Below, piece by piece: positions 22,395-34,802 of a stretch of DNA of 64,000 nucleotides. The notes under the pieces were generated by a model. That model did no database searches. It had not been told where the DNA came from and saw nothing but the letters and a program-made list of their open reading frames with translations. The position numbers were made by a program, and so were the translations under genes. Position 1 is the first letter of the stretch. Each line of letters begins with the position of its first letter. The stretch spans positions 20,956,001 through 21,020,000 of the forward strand of contig JBNRSN020000004.1 in NCBI GenBank assembly GCA_051313645.2, given 5' to 3'. This stretch comes from Centroscyllium fabricii (Eukaryota).

Positions 22395-23510
22395 TCTCCG
22401 CTCAGTGGGAGTCACTCGCGCCTCAAGGTCGTGGGTTCATAGTCCCACTCCAGGGACTTGAACACATAATCCAGGCTGACACTCCGAGTGCAGTGCTGAG
22501 GGAGTGCTGCACTGTTGGAGGTGCTGTCTTTCAGATGAGACGTTCAACCGAGGCCCCGTCTACCATCTCCGGTGAATGTAAAAGATCCCATGGCACTATT
22601 TTGAAGCAGAGCAGGGGAGGTCCCCCCCCCCCCCCCCCCCGGTGACCTGGCCAATATTTATCCCTCAACCAACATCAGTCAACCAACATCACAACATCAG
22701 TTGCTTCCGATTCCTGGGTCTGCAGATCTCCGATGACCTGACCTGGAACTACAACACCGAGGCAATGCTGAAGAAGGCACACCAGCGCCTCTGCCCTCTA
22801 CGGTGCCTGAGGAAATGCGGCATAAGCACACAATGGCTTGTGAACTTTTACCGCGGCACCATAGAGAGCGTCCTGACGGGTGGTGTCACTGCGTGGGATG
22901 GTAACACCACTGCTCAGGACAGGAAGGCCATCCAGAGGGTCGTGAGGGCGGCAGAAAAGATCATCGGGTGTGCACTTCCGTCCATCGAGGAGATCTTCCA
23001 GACCAGATGTTGGAACAAGGCCCGCTCCATCATCAAGGACCCCAATCACCCTGGGCACGATCTGTTCTCCCTCCTGCGGTCCGGCCGTCGGTACTGCAGC
23101 ATCCGAACCAGGACCAACAGGTTCAAAAACAGTTTCTACCCACAGGCAGTGCGCCTACTGAACTGTTAATCACACTTGTTTGCTTATTTGTTTATTTGCT
23201 TCTTATTTTTTATATTTATACTTGTTTTTACTTTTTATACTTATATTGTGGGAGTGAGTGGGGAGTAAACATTCCATTGTCCCAGTTACATATGGCAATA
23301 AAATAATCTTGAATCTTAAATCTTATATAAAACCCCCCCAGATTATCTGGTCATTCAGATTGCTGTTTGTGGGAGCTTGCTGTGCGCAAATTGGCCGCCA
23401 CGTTTCCCACATTACAACAGTGACTACACTCCAAAAGTACTTCGTTGGCTGTAAAGCTCTTTGGGACGTCCTGAGGCTGTGAAGGGCGCTATAGAAATGC
23501 AAGTTTGTTC
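22395..23510 (+). mobile_element. Deu-SINE interrupted by Rex1
   Basis: Head and Deu domain at 22395-22680; tail at 23340-23510. Confidence 0.75.
22694..23320 (+). mobile_element. Rex1/Babar LINE 3' fragment (second subfamily)
   Basis: 'FRFLGLQISDDLTW..IIKDPNHPGHDLF..RTNRFKNSFYPQAVRLLN'. Confidence 0.88.
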
Positions 23511-23996
23511 GTTCTTACATCTTCTGTGGGCCAAAACAGTCCTGCTGGCATGAGGCCGACCATTCTATCTGGAGGACAGTTGGGGCGAGGCGAGAGAGAC
23601 GAGACGGTGACCATACGTGGTGTCAATGGTGGGGGTGGGACGGGGCCTGTGGTTGGGAAAGCAGCTCGGATGCAATCACTTTTTTTAAAAGAGCAGATAA
23701 TTCTGAAGTGACCATCTCTGTGAATCCCTCCCGAGAAACCTTTCCAAATGCAGACAGGTTCCAATTAAAATCTGTATAAAACCAAGCAGGCAATCATGCC
23801 CAGGATCATAATATTTTCCGTTCTGGAAAGAGCTGTGAGCAGTTGCACCTGACTGCTGACGGGCTGGTGACAGAGGCTGCACTGTACATGTTTGGTGCCA
23901 ATTGGCAACTTAGTAAAGCTAAAAAAGAAAAACTGAATGCTGGAAGTCTAAAATAGAGAGGGATGCACAGTCTGATTCCGACAGAGAAACAATGGA

Positions 23997-24795
23997 TAAC
24001 ATAGAAGATAGGAGCAGGAGTAGGCCATTCGGCCCCTTGAGTCTGCTCCGCCATTCAATGAGATCATGGCTAATCATCCAAACTCAGTACCCTGTCCCTG
24101 CCTTCTCCCCATATCCCTTGATCCCTTTAGCCTTAAGGACACGGTGACGCAGTGGTTAGCACTGCTGCCTTGCAATAAGGAGCTCCTGGGTTCGAATCCT
24201 GCTTGGCCCGGGACACCTCCGCGTGGAGTTTACATGTTCTCCCCGTGTTCATTGGGTTTACTCCGGTTTCCTCCCACCACCCAAAGACATGCAGGTTAGG
24301 TGAATTGGAGATACTAAAAATTGCCCATGAGTATGTGTGTGGGATATAGTTCTTGGAGTTGGGGGTGTCGGGAGGATATGGGGAGAGGGTAGGAGGGGGG
24401 TGCTGGGTTTGGATGATCAGTCATGTTCTCGTCAAAATGGCGGAGCAGGCTCGAAGGGCCGAATGGCCTACTCCTGCTCCTATCTTCTGTGTTTCTGTGA
24501 ATATATCCAACTCCTCCTTGAATATGTTTAATGAATTGGCCTCAACTACATTCTGTGGTAGAGAATTCCACAGGCTCACCACTCTCTGGGTGAAGAAATT
24601 CCTCCTCATCTCTGTCCTAAATGGCTTACCCCTTATCCTTGGACTGTGACCCCTGGTTCTGGACTCCCCGGCCATCGGGAGCATCCTTCCTGCATCTAGT
24701 CTGTCCAGTCCTGTTAGAATTTTATAAGTTTCAATGAGATCCCCTCTCATTCTTGTAAACTCCAGCGAGTACAAGCCTAATCGACCCAACCAGGT
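23997..24795 (-). mobile_element. CR1 3' fragment with nested antiparallel SINE
   Basis: ORF 24421-24810; CR1 tail at 23997-24137. Confidence 0.88.
24138..24499 (+). mobile_element. V-SINE family B (tRNA head, V domain, CR1 tail)
   Basis: GACACGGTGACGCAGTGGTTAGCACTG..GGTTCGAATCC..CCCACCACCCAAAGACATGCAGGTTAGG; repeated at 25413 and 31298. Confidence 0.85.
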
Positions 24796-25412
24796 CCCCC
24801 CAAACAGCAAGTCAGCTGAACAACCAGTTAACCAGTGTGTGGTTCTCTTTGGTGCTTTTGATTGAAGAAAGTACGTACCAAGCTTGGTTCGAGACGCTGC
24901 TTACATTTTTCAGGCCAAGTGTCCCGTCCGCTCTTCCTCCCAGCATTCATGTGCCCAGGCTTGGAATTTTAAACTTTAATCTTTTTTTTAGAATTAAAGT
25001 TTAATAAAAAATGGTTTCATGCCATATAGAACTACATAGCATTTACAGTGTCGAAGCAGGCCATTTGGCCCAACTGGTCCGTGCCAGTGTTTATGCTCCA
25101 CACGAGCCTCCTCCCACCGCACTTCATCTCAACATGTCCTTCTGCTCCTTTCCCCCTCCTGGACTAACGCAGCTTCTGCTTAAATGCATCTAGGCTATTC
25201 CTCAACTACTCCTCTGTGGTAGCGAGTTCCACTCTCTGGGTAAAGGGGTTCCCCCTGCATTCCTTATTGGTGACTATCTTGTATATTATGACCCCACACT
25301 GGTTACAGTCACTCCTGCAGCCAGTGTGAAGGCGGAATGACATGAGACTACAAGGGTGATTGTCAGTCGGCCTTCACGCAGATTGTATCTTGGGGGAAAT
25401 TGCGGGCGCTTG

Positions 25413-25788
25413 CGACACGGTGGCGCAGTGGTTGGCACTGCTGCCTTGTAATAAGGAGCTCCTGGGTTTGAATCCTGCTTGGCCCGGGACACCTCTGCGT
25501 GGAGTTTGCATGTTCTCCCCGTGTTCGTGTGGGTTTCCTCTGGGTACTCCGGTTTCCTCCCACCACCCAAAGACCTGCAGGTTAGGTGAATTGGAGATAC
25601 TAAAAATTGCCCATGATTATGTTGAGATATAGTTCTTAGAGTTGGGGGTGTCGGAGGAATATGGGGAGAGGGTAGGAGGGGGGTGGCTGGGTTTGGATGA
25701 TCAGCCAGGATCTCGTCAAAAAATATGTCGGAGCAGGCTCGACGGGCCGAATGGCCTACTCCTGCTCCTATCTTCTGTGTTTCTGTGT
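25413..25788 (+). mobile_element. V-SINE family B
   Basis: Copy of 24138-24499. Confidence 0.85.
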
Positions 25789-26404
25789 ATTCCTCAGAAA
25801 TGCACTCCCTCTGGGTGCCGCTCCTCGCTGGGAGCACCGGATCACAGAATCCTCTTTTAAATGGAAGTGGAGCATGGAGTTCTCCCGGTGTCCTGGCCAA
25901 CAACCGCGATCAGCACCACCCCACAAAAAAAAACCCAGTTTAACTGGTGATTTATCCCTTTTGCTGTTTGTTGTGTGCAGATTTTCTGCCATGTTTGTTA
26001 ATGTAACAATACACTTCCAAAGTAATTCATTGGGGATAGGAGAAGATGTTGTATAAAGGATTTTTCCTTTAAATCTCGAGGTGGTCTCGCACTGTGCTCT
26101 CCAATCAGTAACGTCACTCCCGTGTCACACTGCGGTTTTTTTTGTGCCAATTGCAACACACCATCCTGGAGCCAGGCCCCGTAGTATGCTCCTCCTACAC
26201 TGTGGGAAATCAGGAACACTTCCTGTGTCCCTGACGACCATGTGTGCAGGAAGTGTTTCCAGCTGCAGCTACTGGCAGACCGCATTGTGGCGCTGGAGCT
26301 TCGAATGGATACGTACTGGAGCATCCGCGAGGCAGAGGACGTCGTGGATAGCAAATTTAGGGAGGTGGGCACACCACAGGTAAAGGTTGCACAGGCAGAA
26401 AGGG

Positions 26405-26796
26405 AAACATAGAAGATAGGAGCAGGAGTAGGCCATTCGGCCCTTCGAGCCTGCTCCGCCATTCAATGAGATCATGGCTGATCATCCAAACCCAGTACCC
26501 TGTCCCTGCCTTCTCCCCATATCCCTCGATTCCTATCGAGCCTGCACCGACACATATCCCACCCTATCCCCGTAACCCCCACATATTTAATCCCCCTAAC
26601 ACTAAGGGTCAATTTATCCTTGCCAATCAACCTAACCCGCACATCTTTGGACAGTGGGAGGAAACCGGAGCACCCGGAGGAAACCCACGCAGACACGGGG
26701 AGACTGTGCAAACTCCACACAGATAGTACCCGAGGCTGGATTTGAACCCGGGTCTCTAGTGCGGTAAGGCAACAGTGCTAACCACTGTGCCGCCCC
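26405..26796 (-). mobile_element. HE1-like V-SINE family A, in CR1 ORF1
   Basis: Copy of 17869-18278. Confidence 0.9.
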
Positions 26797-28851
26797 AGGG
26801 TGACCACCAAGCAGATGAGTAGATGCAGGCAGGTAGTGCAGGAGTCCCCTGGGGTCATCCCCCCCACCCTCATTTGAATATTGTTGAGGGGATGGCTTAT
26901 CAGAGGAAGGCAGCAGCAGCCAACTTCCTGGCACCAGGGGTGGGTGGTTCTGCTGCACAGGACGGGAGGAAAAAGAGGGTTAGAGCTATAGTAATAGGCG
27001 ATTCTATTGTAAGGGGAGTAGATAGGCGTTTCTGCGGCAGCAAACAAGACTCCAGGATGGTGTGTTGCCTCCCTGGTGCAAGGGTCAAGGATGTTTCAGA
27101 GCGGCTGCAGAACATTTTGGAGGGGGAGGGTGAACAGCCAGTTGCCGTGGTGCATATAGGTACCAACGATATAGGTAAAACATGGGATGAGGCCCTAAAA
27201 GCTGAATATAGGGAGTTGGGAGGTAAATAAAAGCTAGGACCTCAAAGGTAGTAATCTCAGGATTGCTACCAGTCAGAGTAGAAATAGAAGGATATTTCAG
27301 ATGAATACGTGGCTAGAAGAATGGTGCAAGGGGGAGGGATTCAAATTCCTTGGACATTGGAACCGGTTCTGAGAGGTGGGACCAGTACAAGCCAGATGGT
27401 TTGCACCTGGACAGGACCGGGACCGATGTCCTAGGGGGAGTATTTGCTGGTGCTCTGGGGGTGGGTTTAAACTAAAATGGCAGGGGGTTGGGAACTTGAG
27501 CAGGGAGACAGAAGAAAGGGAAACAAGGATTGAAGCAAAAAACAGGAAGGAGAAAAACAAAAGTGGCAGTCAGAGAAATCGAGGGTTTAAATCAAACATG
27601 GTCACAGTAAATAATAATTCTAAAAGGTCTAAGAGCGTTAAAAAAAAATAAAAAAAAAGAAAAAAAAAAAAGCCTGAAGGCTTTGTGTCTTAATGCGAGG
27701 AGCATTCGTAATAAGGTGGATGAATTAGCTGCGCAAATAGAGGTGAACAAATGTGATTTGATTGGGATTACAGAAACATGGCTCCAGGGTGACCAAGGCT
27801 GGGAGCTCAACATCCAGGGGTATTCAATATTCAGGAAAGATAGGGAAAAGGAGGTGGGGTAGCATTGCTGGTGTAAGAGGGGATTAACACAATTGTAAGG
27901 AAGGATATTAGCTCTGATGATGTGAAATCTGTATGGGTGGAACTGAGAAATACCAAAGGGCAGAAAACATTAGTGGGAGTGGTGTATAGACCCCCGAACA
28001 GTAATGCTGAGGTTGGGGATGGCATAAAAAGGGAAATCGGGGAAGCGTGCAATAAGGGCACAGCAGTCATCATGGGTGACTTTAATCTACATATAGATTG
28101 GGCTAATCAAATTAGTAACAATACTGTGGAGGAGGAATTCCTGGAGTGTATACGGGATGGTTTCCGGACCAATATATCGAGGAACCAACTGGAGATTGGG
28201 CCAACTTAGACTGGGTATTATGTCGCGAGAAAGGATTAATTAGCAATCATGTTGTGCGAGGCCCCTTGGTTCGGAGCGATCATAATATGATAGAATTCTT
28301 CATTAAGATGGAGAGTGAAGTAGTTGACTCCGAGACTAGGGTCCTGAATTTAAATAAAGGAAACTACGATGGTATGAGGCGCAAGTTGGGTAGGATTAAT
28401 TGGGGAATGTCACTCAAAGGGTTGACGGTGGATAGGCAATGGCAAAGATTCAAAGATCGCATGGATAAACTACAGAATTTGTTCATCCCTGTTTGGCATA
28501 AAAAGAAAACAAAAAGGTGACTCAACCGTGGCTAATGAGGGAAATTAGGGATAGCACAAGATCCAAGGAGAGGACCTATAAATTGGCCAGAAAAAGCAGT
28601 AAACCTGAGGATTGGGAGCAGTTTAAGATGCAACAAAGGAGGACAAAGGGATTAATTAAGAGGGGGAAAATCGAGTATGAGAGTAAACTTGCAGGCAACA
28701 TAAAAACTGACTGTAGAAGCTTTTATAGATATGTGAAGAGAAAACGATTGGTGATGTCAAGCGTAGGTCCCTTGCAGTCAGAATCAGGGGAATATATAAT
28801 GGGGAACAAAGAAATGGTAGACCAATTAAATACATACTTGGTTCTGTCTTC

Positions 28852-29242
28852 AATTCAATTCAAGTTTTATTGTCATTGCAGAGTACTAGTACAATACAAC
28901 GAGACAAAGACTCGACGCTCCCGAGAGTAGTGCAAATAAATTACATGCAAAATGCATACAGTAAAGTACATTATCAGGCGTGCAGGTACCGGAGTTTTTT
29001 TTTTAGAGTTCAGGAGGCTGACAGCCCTGGGGAAGAAGCTGTTCTGAAATCTAGTCGTGCGGGTGTGAATTGATCTGTAGCGTCTCCCGGAGGGCAGGGG
29101 GGCGAACAGACTGTGGCTGGGGTGTGTGGGGTCTTTAATAATGTTCAGAGACCTCCGTAGGCAGCGTTTGAGGTAGATGCTTTCCATTGACGGTAGCTGG
29201 GTACCGGTGATTCGTTGGGCAGTTTTGACAACCCGCTGCAGT
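28852..29242 (-). mobile_element. Rex1/Babar 3' fragment nested in CR1
   Basis: ORF 28873-29187; CR1 'TCTGTCTTCA|' resumes at 'GTCTTCACAATGG'. Confidence 0.88.
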
Positions 29243-31009
29243 CTTCACAATGGAGAACACAAATAACCTCCCAGAGATGTCGGGGAACATAGAGACTAAT
29301 GAGAGGGAGGAAATGAAAGAAATCAGTATTTGTAGGGAAATGGTGTTCGGGAAATTGACAGGATTGAAGGCCGATAAATCCCCAGGGTCTGATCATCTAC
29401 ATCCTGGGATACTTAATGAAGTGGCCCAAGAAATAGCAGATGCATTGCTGGTCATCTTCCAAAATTCCAGTTTGGAACAGTACCCATGGATTGGGGGGTA
29501 GCTAACGTTACCCCACTATTCAGAAAACGTGGCAGAGAGAAAATGGGGAATTTCAGACCAGTAAGCCTGACATCGGGAGTGGGGAAAATGCTAGAGTCCA
29601 TTATAAAAGATGTAATAGCAGAGCAGTTGGAAAACCGTGTCCGGATTGGGCAAAGTCGATATGGATTTACAAAAGGTAAATCATGCTTGACTAATCTACT
29701 GGAAATTTTTGAGGATGTATTAGGTAGAATAGATAAGGGAGAATCAGTGGATGTGGTGTCTTTGGATTTTCAGAAGGCGTTCGATAAGGTCCCGCATCAG
29801 AGATTAGTGTGTAATGTGAAGGCACATGGGATTGGGGGCAAGGTATTGACTTGGATAGAGAGCTGGTTGGCAGACAGAAAGCAAAGAGTTGGAATAAACG
29901 GGTCTTTTTCCAAGTGGCAGGCAGTGACGAGTGGGGTACCGCAGGGATCGGTCCTTGGACCCCAGCTATTCACAATATATATTAATGATCTAGACGAGGG
30001 AACTAGATGTAATATCTCCAAGTTTGCAGATGATACAAAGCTGGATGGGCGTGTGTGCTGTGAGGAGGATGCCGAGAAACTCCAGTATGATTTGGACAGG
30101 TTGGGTGATTGGGCAGAAGCATGGCAGATGCAATATGATGTGGATAAAACAGGAAGGCAAATTATTATCTGAATGGCAATGGATTGGGAGAAGGGGAAGT
30201 GCAACGAGACCTGGGTGTCCTTGTGCACCAGTCGCTGAAGGTAAGCATGCAGGTGCAGTAGGCGGTTAAGAAGGCAAATGGTATGTTGGCCTTCGTGGCG
30301 AGTGGGTTCGAGTACAGGAACAAGGATCTCTTGCTGCAGTTGTACAGGGCCTTGGTGAGACCGCTCCTTGAGTATTGTGTGCAGTTTTGGTCGCCTTATC
30401 TGAGGAAGGATGTTCTTGCCCTGGAGGGAGTGCAGCGAAGATTCACCAGACTGATACCTGGGATGGCAGGAATGACGTATGAGGAGAGATTGGGTTAATT
30501 GGGCTTATACTTGCTGGAGTTTAGAAGAATGAGAGGGGATCTCATTGAAACTTATAAAATTCTAACAGGACTAGACAGACCAGATGCAGGAAGGATGTTC
30601 CCGATGGTCGGGGAGTCCAGAACCAGGGGTCACAGTCTAACGATAAGGGGTAAGCCATTTAGGACAGAGATGAGGAGGAATTTCTTCACCCAGAGAATGG
30701 TGAACCTGTGGAATTCTCTACCACAGAAGGCCGTAGAGGCCAATTCATTAAATATATTCGAGAAAGAGTTGGATATATTAAAGCTAAAGGTATCAAGGGA
30801 TATGGGGAGAAGGCAGGGACAGGGTACTGCGTTTGGATGATCAGCCATGATCTCATTGAATGGTGGAGCAGGCTCGAGGGGCCGAATGGCCTACTCCTGC
30901 TCCTATCTTCTATGTTTTCCACAATGCTCTGATGCACATTGCTGGATTATCACCCCCCTTTCTTTCCCTCCGCTCCATCCTCCCCACAATCCGAAACAAC
31001 TGTAGCTCT

Positions 31010-31725
31010 GTCGGAACAGAAGGAGGCCATTCGGCCCCTCGAGTCTGTTCTGCCATTCAGTTAGATCATGGTTGATCTATATCTTAACTCCATCGACCGC
31101 CTTGGTTCCATAACCCTTAATACCTACTTGCTGAACAAAAATCTATTGATCTCCGTTTTGAAATTTTTAATTGACCCCCATCCCCCCCCCCACCCCACCC
31201 ACCCAAGGCCTCAACAGCTTTTTGGGAGTGAGTTCCAGATTTCCACTACCCTTCATGTGAAGAAGTGCTTCCTGACATCACCCCCGACTGGCCTAGCTGA
31301 CCACCCAAAGACATGCAGGTTAGGTGAATTGGAGATACTAAAAATTGCCCATGAGTATGTGTGTGAGCTATGGTTCTTCGAGTTGGGGGTGTCGGGGGGA
31401 TATGGGGAGAGGGTAGGAGGGGGGGGTGTTGGGTTTGGATGATCAGCCGTGATATCGTCAAAATGGCGGATCAGGCTCGAAGGGCCGAATGGCCTACTCC
31501 TGCTCCTATCTTCTGTGTTGCTGTGTTTAGCTCTAATTTTAAACCTTGTTCAGGAGTCCTCCCCACCAGAGGAAATAGTTTCTCTATCTACCCGATCAAA
31601 TCCTTTAATCATCTTAAACACCTCAATTAGATCACCGCTTAATCTTCTATACTCGAGGAAATAAAAGCCAAGTCTGTGCAGCCCGTCCTCATTATTTAAC
31701 CCTTTTAGCCCCGGTATCATTCTGA
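31010..31725 (-). mobile_element. Old CR1 3' fragment with nested 5'-truncated V-SINE B (31298-31525, +)
   Basis: CR1 tail GGAGGCCATTCGGCCCCTCGAG; nested family-B body. Confidence 0.7.
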
Positions 31726-32076
31726 TGACTCAGATTTCAGTGATTCAATTGCTACTTAATAACTTAAAATATTACCTTTCAGCCTAAACGGATTAGAGCC
31801 ACCAGAACAAGTATTAGGCTCGTGGTAACGCACACACTGAAAGATGTGTTCACGACAAAAGCGCAGGGCTGTTGCTCATAATTGGAATCAAGCGACAGAC
31901 GAGAGTCTCGTTGAAAAAGAAGCTTCATGTTTAGAAGTTTTAATTAAAATGTAACTTTTGTGTTCCTAGCTGATCTAGTGTGTGTGTGTTTTTTCTTGTA
32001 TCTGGGATCTGTGGTCCTATTCGGCACGATTAATGCCTCGCCGGTGGCCGTTCCTGGTGTGGGTTTGGGAGCAGTT

Positions 32077-32840
32077 ATAATAATTCAACTTTTATTGTCA
32101 TTATACAATGTACAAATACAATGCACAATCGAAAGCATACTGACAAGCTGCATCACAGTCTGGTATGGAAATTGCACTATCTCGGACCGGAAGACCCTGC
32201 AGCGGGTAGTCAAAACTGCCCAACGAATCACCGGTACCCAGCTACTGTCAATGGAAAGCATCTACCTCAAATGCTGCTTACGGAGGTCTCTGAACATTAT
32301 TAAAGACCCCACACACCCCAGCCACAGTCTGTTCGCCCCCCTGCCCTCCGGGAGATGCTACAGATCAATTCGCACCCGCACGACTAGATTTAAGAACAGC
32401 TTCTTCCCCAGGGCTGTCCGCCTCCTGAACTCTAAAAAGAAACTCCGGTACCTGCACACCTGAAAATGTACTTTATTGTATGCAATTTGCATGTAATTTA
32501 TTTGCACTACTCTCGGGAGCGTCGAGTCTTCGTCTCGTTGTATTGTACTAGTACTCTGCAATGACAATAAAACTTGAATTGAATTGAAGTACATGAACAA
32601 CGAAATGTGATCTTGCAAGCTCCCAAGAGTCCAGCAAAGCCGCTGCGTCTGTGCGCGCCGCCATTCCATCTTTCCATCATTCTGACAATCTTCAGCCAAC
32701 CGCCCCTCCCCGGGGCTCCTTTCGTGACCTTCTGCACCTGGTATTCCCTGGTGGGTACCCATCCAAGTACTAACCAGGCCTGGCTCTGCTTAGCTTCCAA
32801 GCCTTGCCAGTGACCCTGTCCCTAGTCCCAGGAACAGGGC
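32077..32840 (-). mobile_element. 5S-derived SINE, copy 2, with its tail split by Rex1
   Basis: Body at 32588-32840, tail end at 32077-32116. Confidence 0.85.
32123..32587 (+). mobile_element. Rex1/Babar 3' fragment
   Basis: 'CTIESILTSCITVWYGNC..FKNSFFPRAVRLLN'; (TTGAA)n tail. Confidence 0.9.
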
Positions 32841-33159
32841 TAATGTTGCAGCTCGCCGACCATCCTCCACCAATTGGCAAGTTAAGGTTAAGGTTCAAGG
32901 ATGTGATTGGTGAAGAACTGGGACCCACTTCACATCTAACCGGCTGGTACTAACTCTGCCCCGTTAGGATTTGGTAGAGGAGTTGGGTGCTGAATAGCGG
33001 GATTGTTCATTTTCTCCAGCGATATCCACATAGCCTTGAGCACAACATCTGAACGAAAATTAAAAGATATTTTTCAATTTTGTTTTGGCTCATCAGTCAG
33101 TGGCATGAAGATGTACCATTTTGGACACCCTGACCCACATCAAGCACTCCGAGGTTGTA

Positions 33160-33902
33160 AAACAACAACAGAAAACGCTGGAAAAACTCAGCAGGCCAGG
33201 CAGCATCGATGGAAAGAGAAATAGCGTTAACATTTCAGGTCGATGACTTTTCTTCAGAATTGGAGAGGGGCTAGATTTGAAAGCTGGTAGGGGCTGGGGA
33301 AAGGGGGAGGGGCTGAAAGAACAAAGGGAAGGTCGGGGACAGGATAGAAGGCGGGGGGAGATTAAGAGACATCGAGAGACATTAACAGAAATTCAAGAAA
33401 CACAGGATGGCTCTGGAGGTGTGAACGGCTCTGGCAGAGAAAAGAAAAAAGCCCAGACGAAAGTGTGGATAGAAAAAAAGAGAGAAAATGTATACAGCCT
33501 ATATATAAAAATGTGATAGGGGCCGAGGTTATGGTCTAAAATTGTTGAACTCTATGTTTAGTCCAGAGGGCTGTAGAGTGCCTAAGGTAAAGATGAGATG
33601 CTGTTCCTCGAGTTTACCTTTGGAGCCATCCTGTGTTCCTTGAATTTCTCTGGTTCTCGATGTCTCTTTATCTCCGCCGCCTTCTATCCTGTCGCTGAAT
33701 TCCCCTTTTGTTCTTTCAGCCCCTCCCCCTTTCCCCAGCCCCCACCAGCTTTCAAATCTAGCCCCTCTCCCAGTTCTGAAGAAAGGTCGTCGACCTGAAA
33801 CGTTAACTCTGTTTCTCTCTCCACCGATGCTGCCTGGCCTGCTGAGTTTCTCCAGCGTTTTCTGTTATTATTTCGGATTTCCAGCATCCGCAGTATTTTG
33901 CT
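33160..33902. mobile_element. Penelope-like element with inverted termini; GIY-YIG C-terminal fragment on minus
   Basis: Minus 33540-33615 translates 'KLEEQHLIFTLGTLQPSGLNIEFNNF'; 33160-33420 is inverted against 33620-33870. Confidence 0.8.
33772..33808 (+). ncRNA. Minimal type I hammerhead ribozyme motif
   Basis: AGTT-CTGAAGA-AAGGTC GTC GACCT-GAAA-CGTT-AACT. Confidence 0.6.
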
Positions 33903-34037
33903 GTCGCTTCTAGGTTTGTATGCTGAATAAAGCTCCTTCTACTCTGTCGCAGCATGGTGCCCCTCAAACCTCGGAGAGTGCCCCCTACTGTGCCAGTGTG
34001 CCATTTTTCCATTTCCTGGACCAGCTGTCTTTGAGAG

Positions 34038-34307
34038 TGATGCACGATCAATTACAGCTAAACGGTAGTTAGGTAATTAAGGCTTTTATTAACAAAGAAC
34101 TGGAGTACAGGTCTTATCACAATCTGGTCCTGGAATGCCATGAGGTCAGCAGGGCTGCCACCTTTATACCACAGCCTGTGGGTGGAGCCTGGAGGCGGAG
34201 CCAACCGAGACATCCCAGGTAGATATAGGTGGGACAAGAGGCAACCAAGAGGTAACTATATACAGCACAGTATATCAGTGAGAAAACAGTATTACAGGTT
34301 TACCACA
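34038..34307 (-). mobile_element. Solo LTR (270 bp) related to Gypsy 1 and 2
   Basis: TGATGC...GGTTTACCACA; GGCTTTTATT and CCTTTATACC motifs at homologous positions; flanks GAGAG/GTGAG. Confidence 0.85.
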
Positions 34308-34354
34308 GTGAGTGACATTGCTGGTTTATAGGCCGGTTTGCGCCTACGTCTGTG

Positions 34355-34780
34355 TCGGCCGTGGCTCAGTTAGTAGCGCTCTTGCCTCTGAGTTAGGTCC
34401 TGCAAAGATAGAGTGTGATAATCCAGTGCGGTACTGAAGGCGGGCAGTACTGAGGGAGCGTTGCACTGTCTGAGGAGACATCATTCGAATGAGCAGTTAA
34501 GCCGAGCCCCTATTGGATGTAAATGATCCCGCGGCACTGTTTCAAAGAAGAGCAGGGGAGTTCTGCCCGGTGGCCCTGGCCAATAATTATCTCTCAACCT
34601 TAACACCTAAAACAGATTATCTGGTGATTATCACTTTGTTCTTCGTGTGGGAGCTTGCTGTGTGCAAATTGGCTGCCGCGTTTCCTGCATCACAACAGTG
34701 ACTACGCTTCAAAATACGACTTCATTGTGATGACCTGAGGTAATGAAAGACACGATATAAATGCCATTTCTTTCTTTCTT
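34355..34780 (+). mobile_element. Deu-SINE, degenerate
   Basis: GTGGCTCAGTT..GGGAGCTTGCTGTGTGCAAATTGGCTGCCGCGTTTCC. Confidence 0.7.
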
Positions 34781-34802
34781 GGGTCCATGCCTACCAGGAA
34801 TG

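Larger units (their letters stand above)
26150..30918 (+). mobile_element. Near full-length degenerate CR1 LINE (ORF1 zinc finger and SGNH esterase; ORF2 APE and RT)
   Basis: ORF1 'VIGDSIVRG..CLPGARVKDV..VHIGTND'; APE 'VGVVYRPP..MGDFN..SDH'; RT 'GVPQGSVLGP..FADD'; CR1 tail. Nested SINE and Rex1. 5' boundary approximate. Confidence 0.92.
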
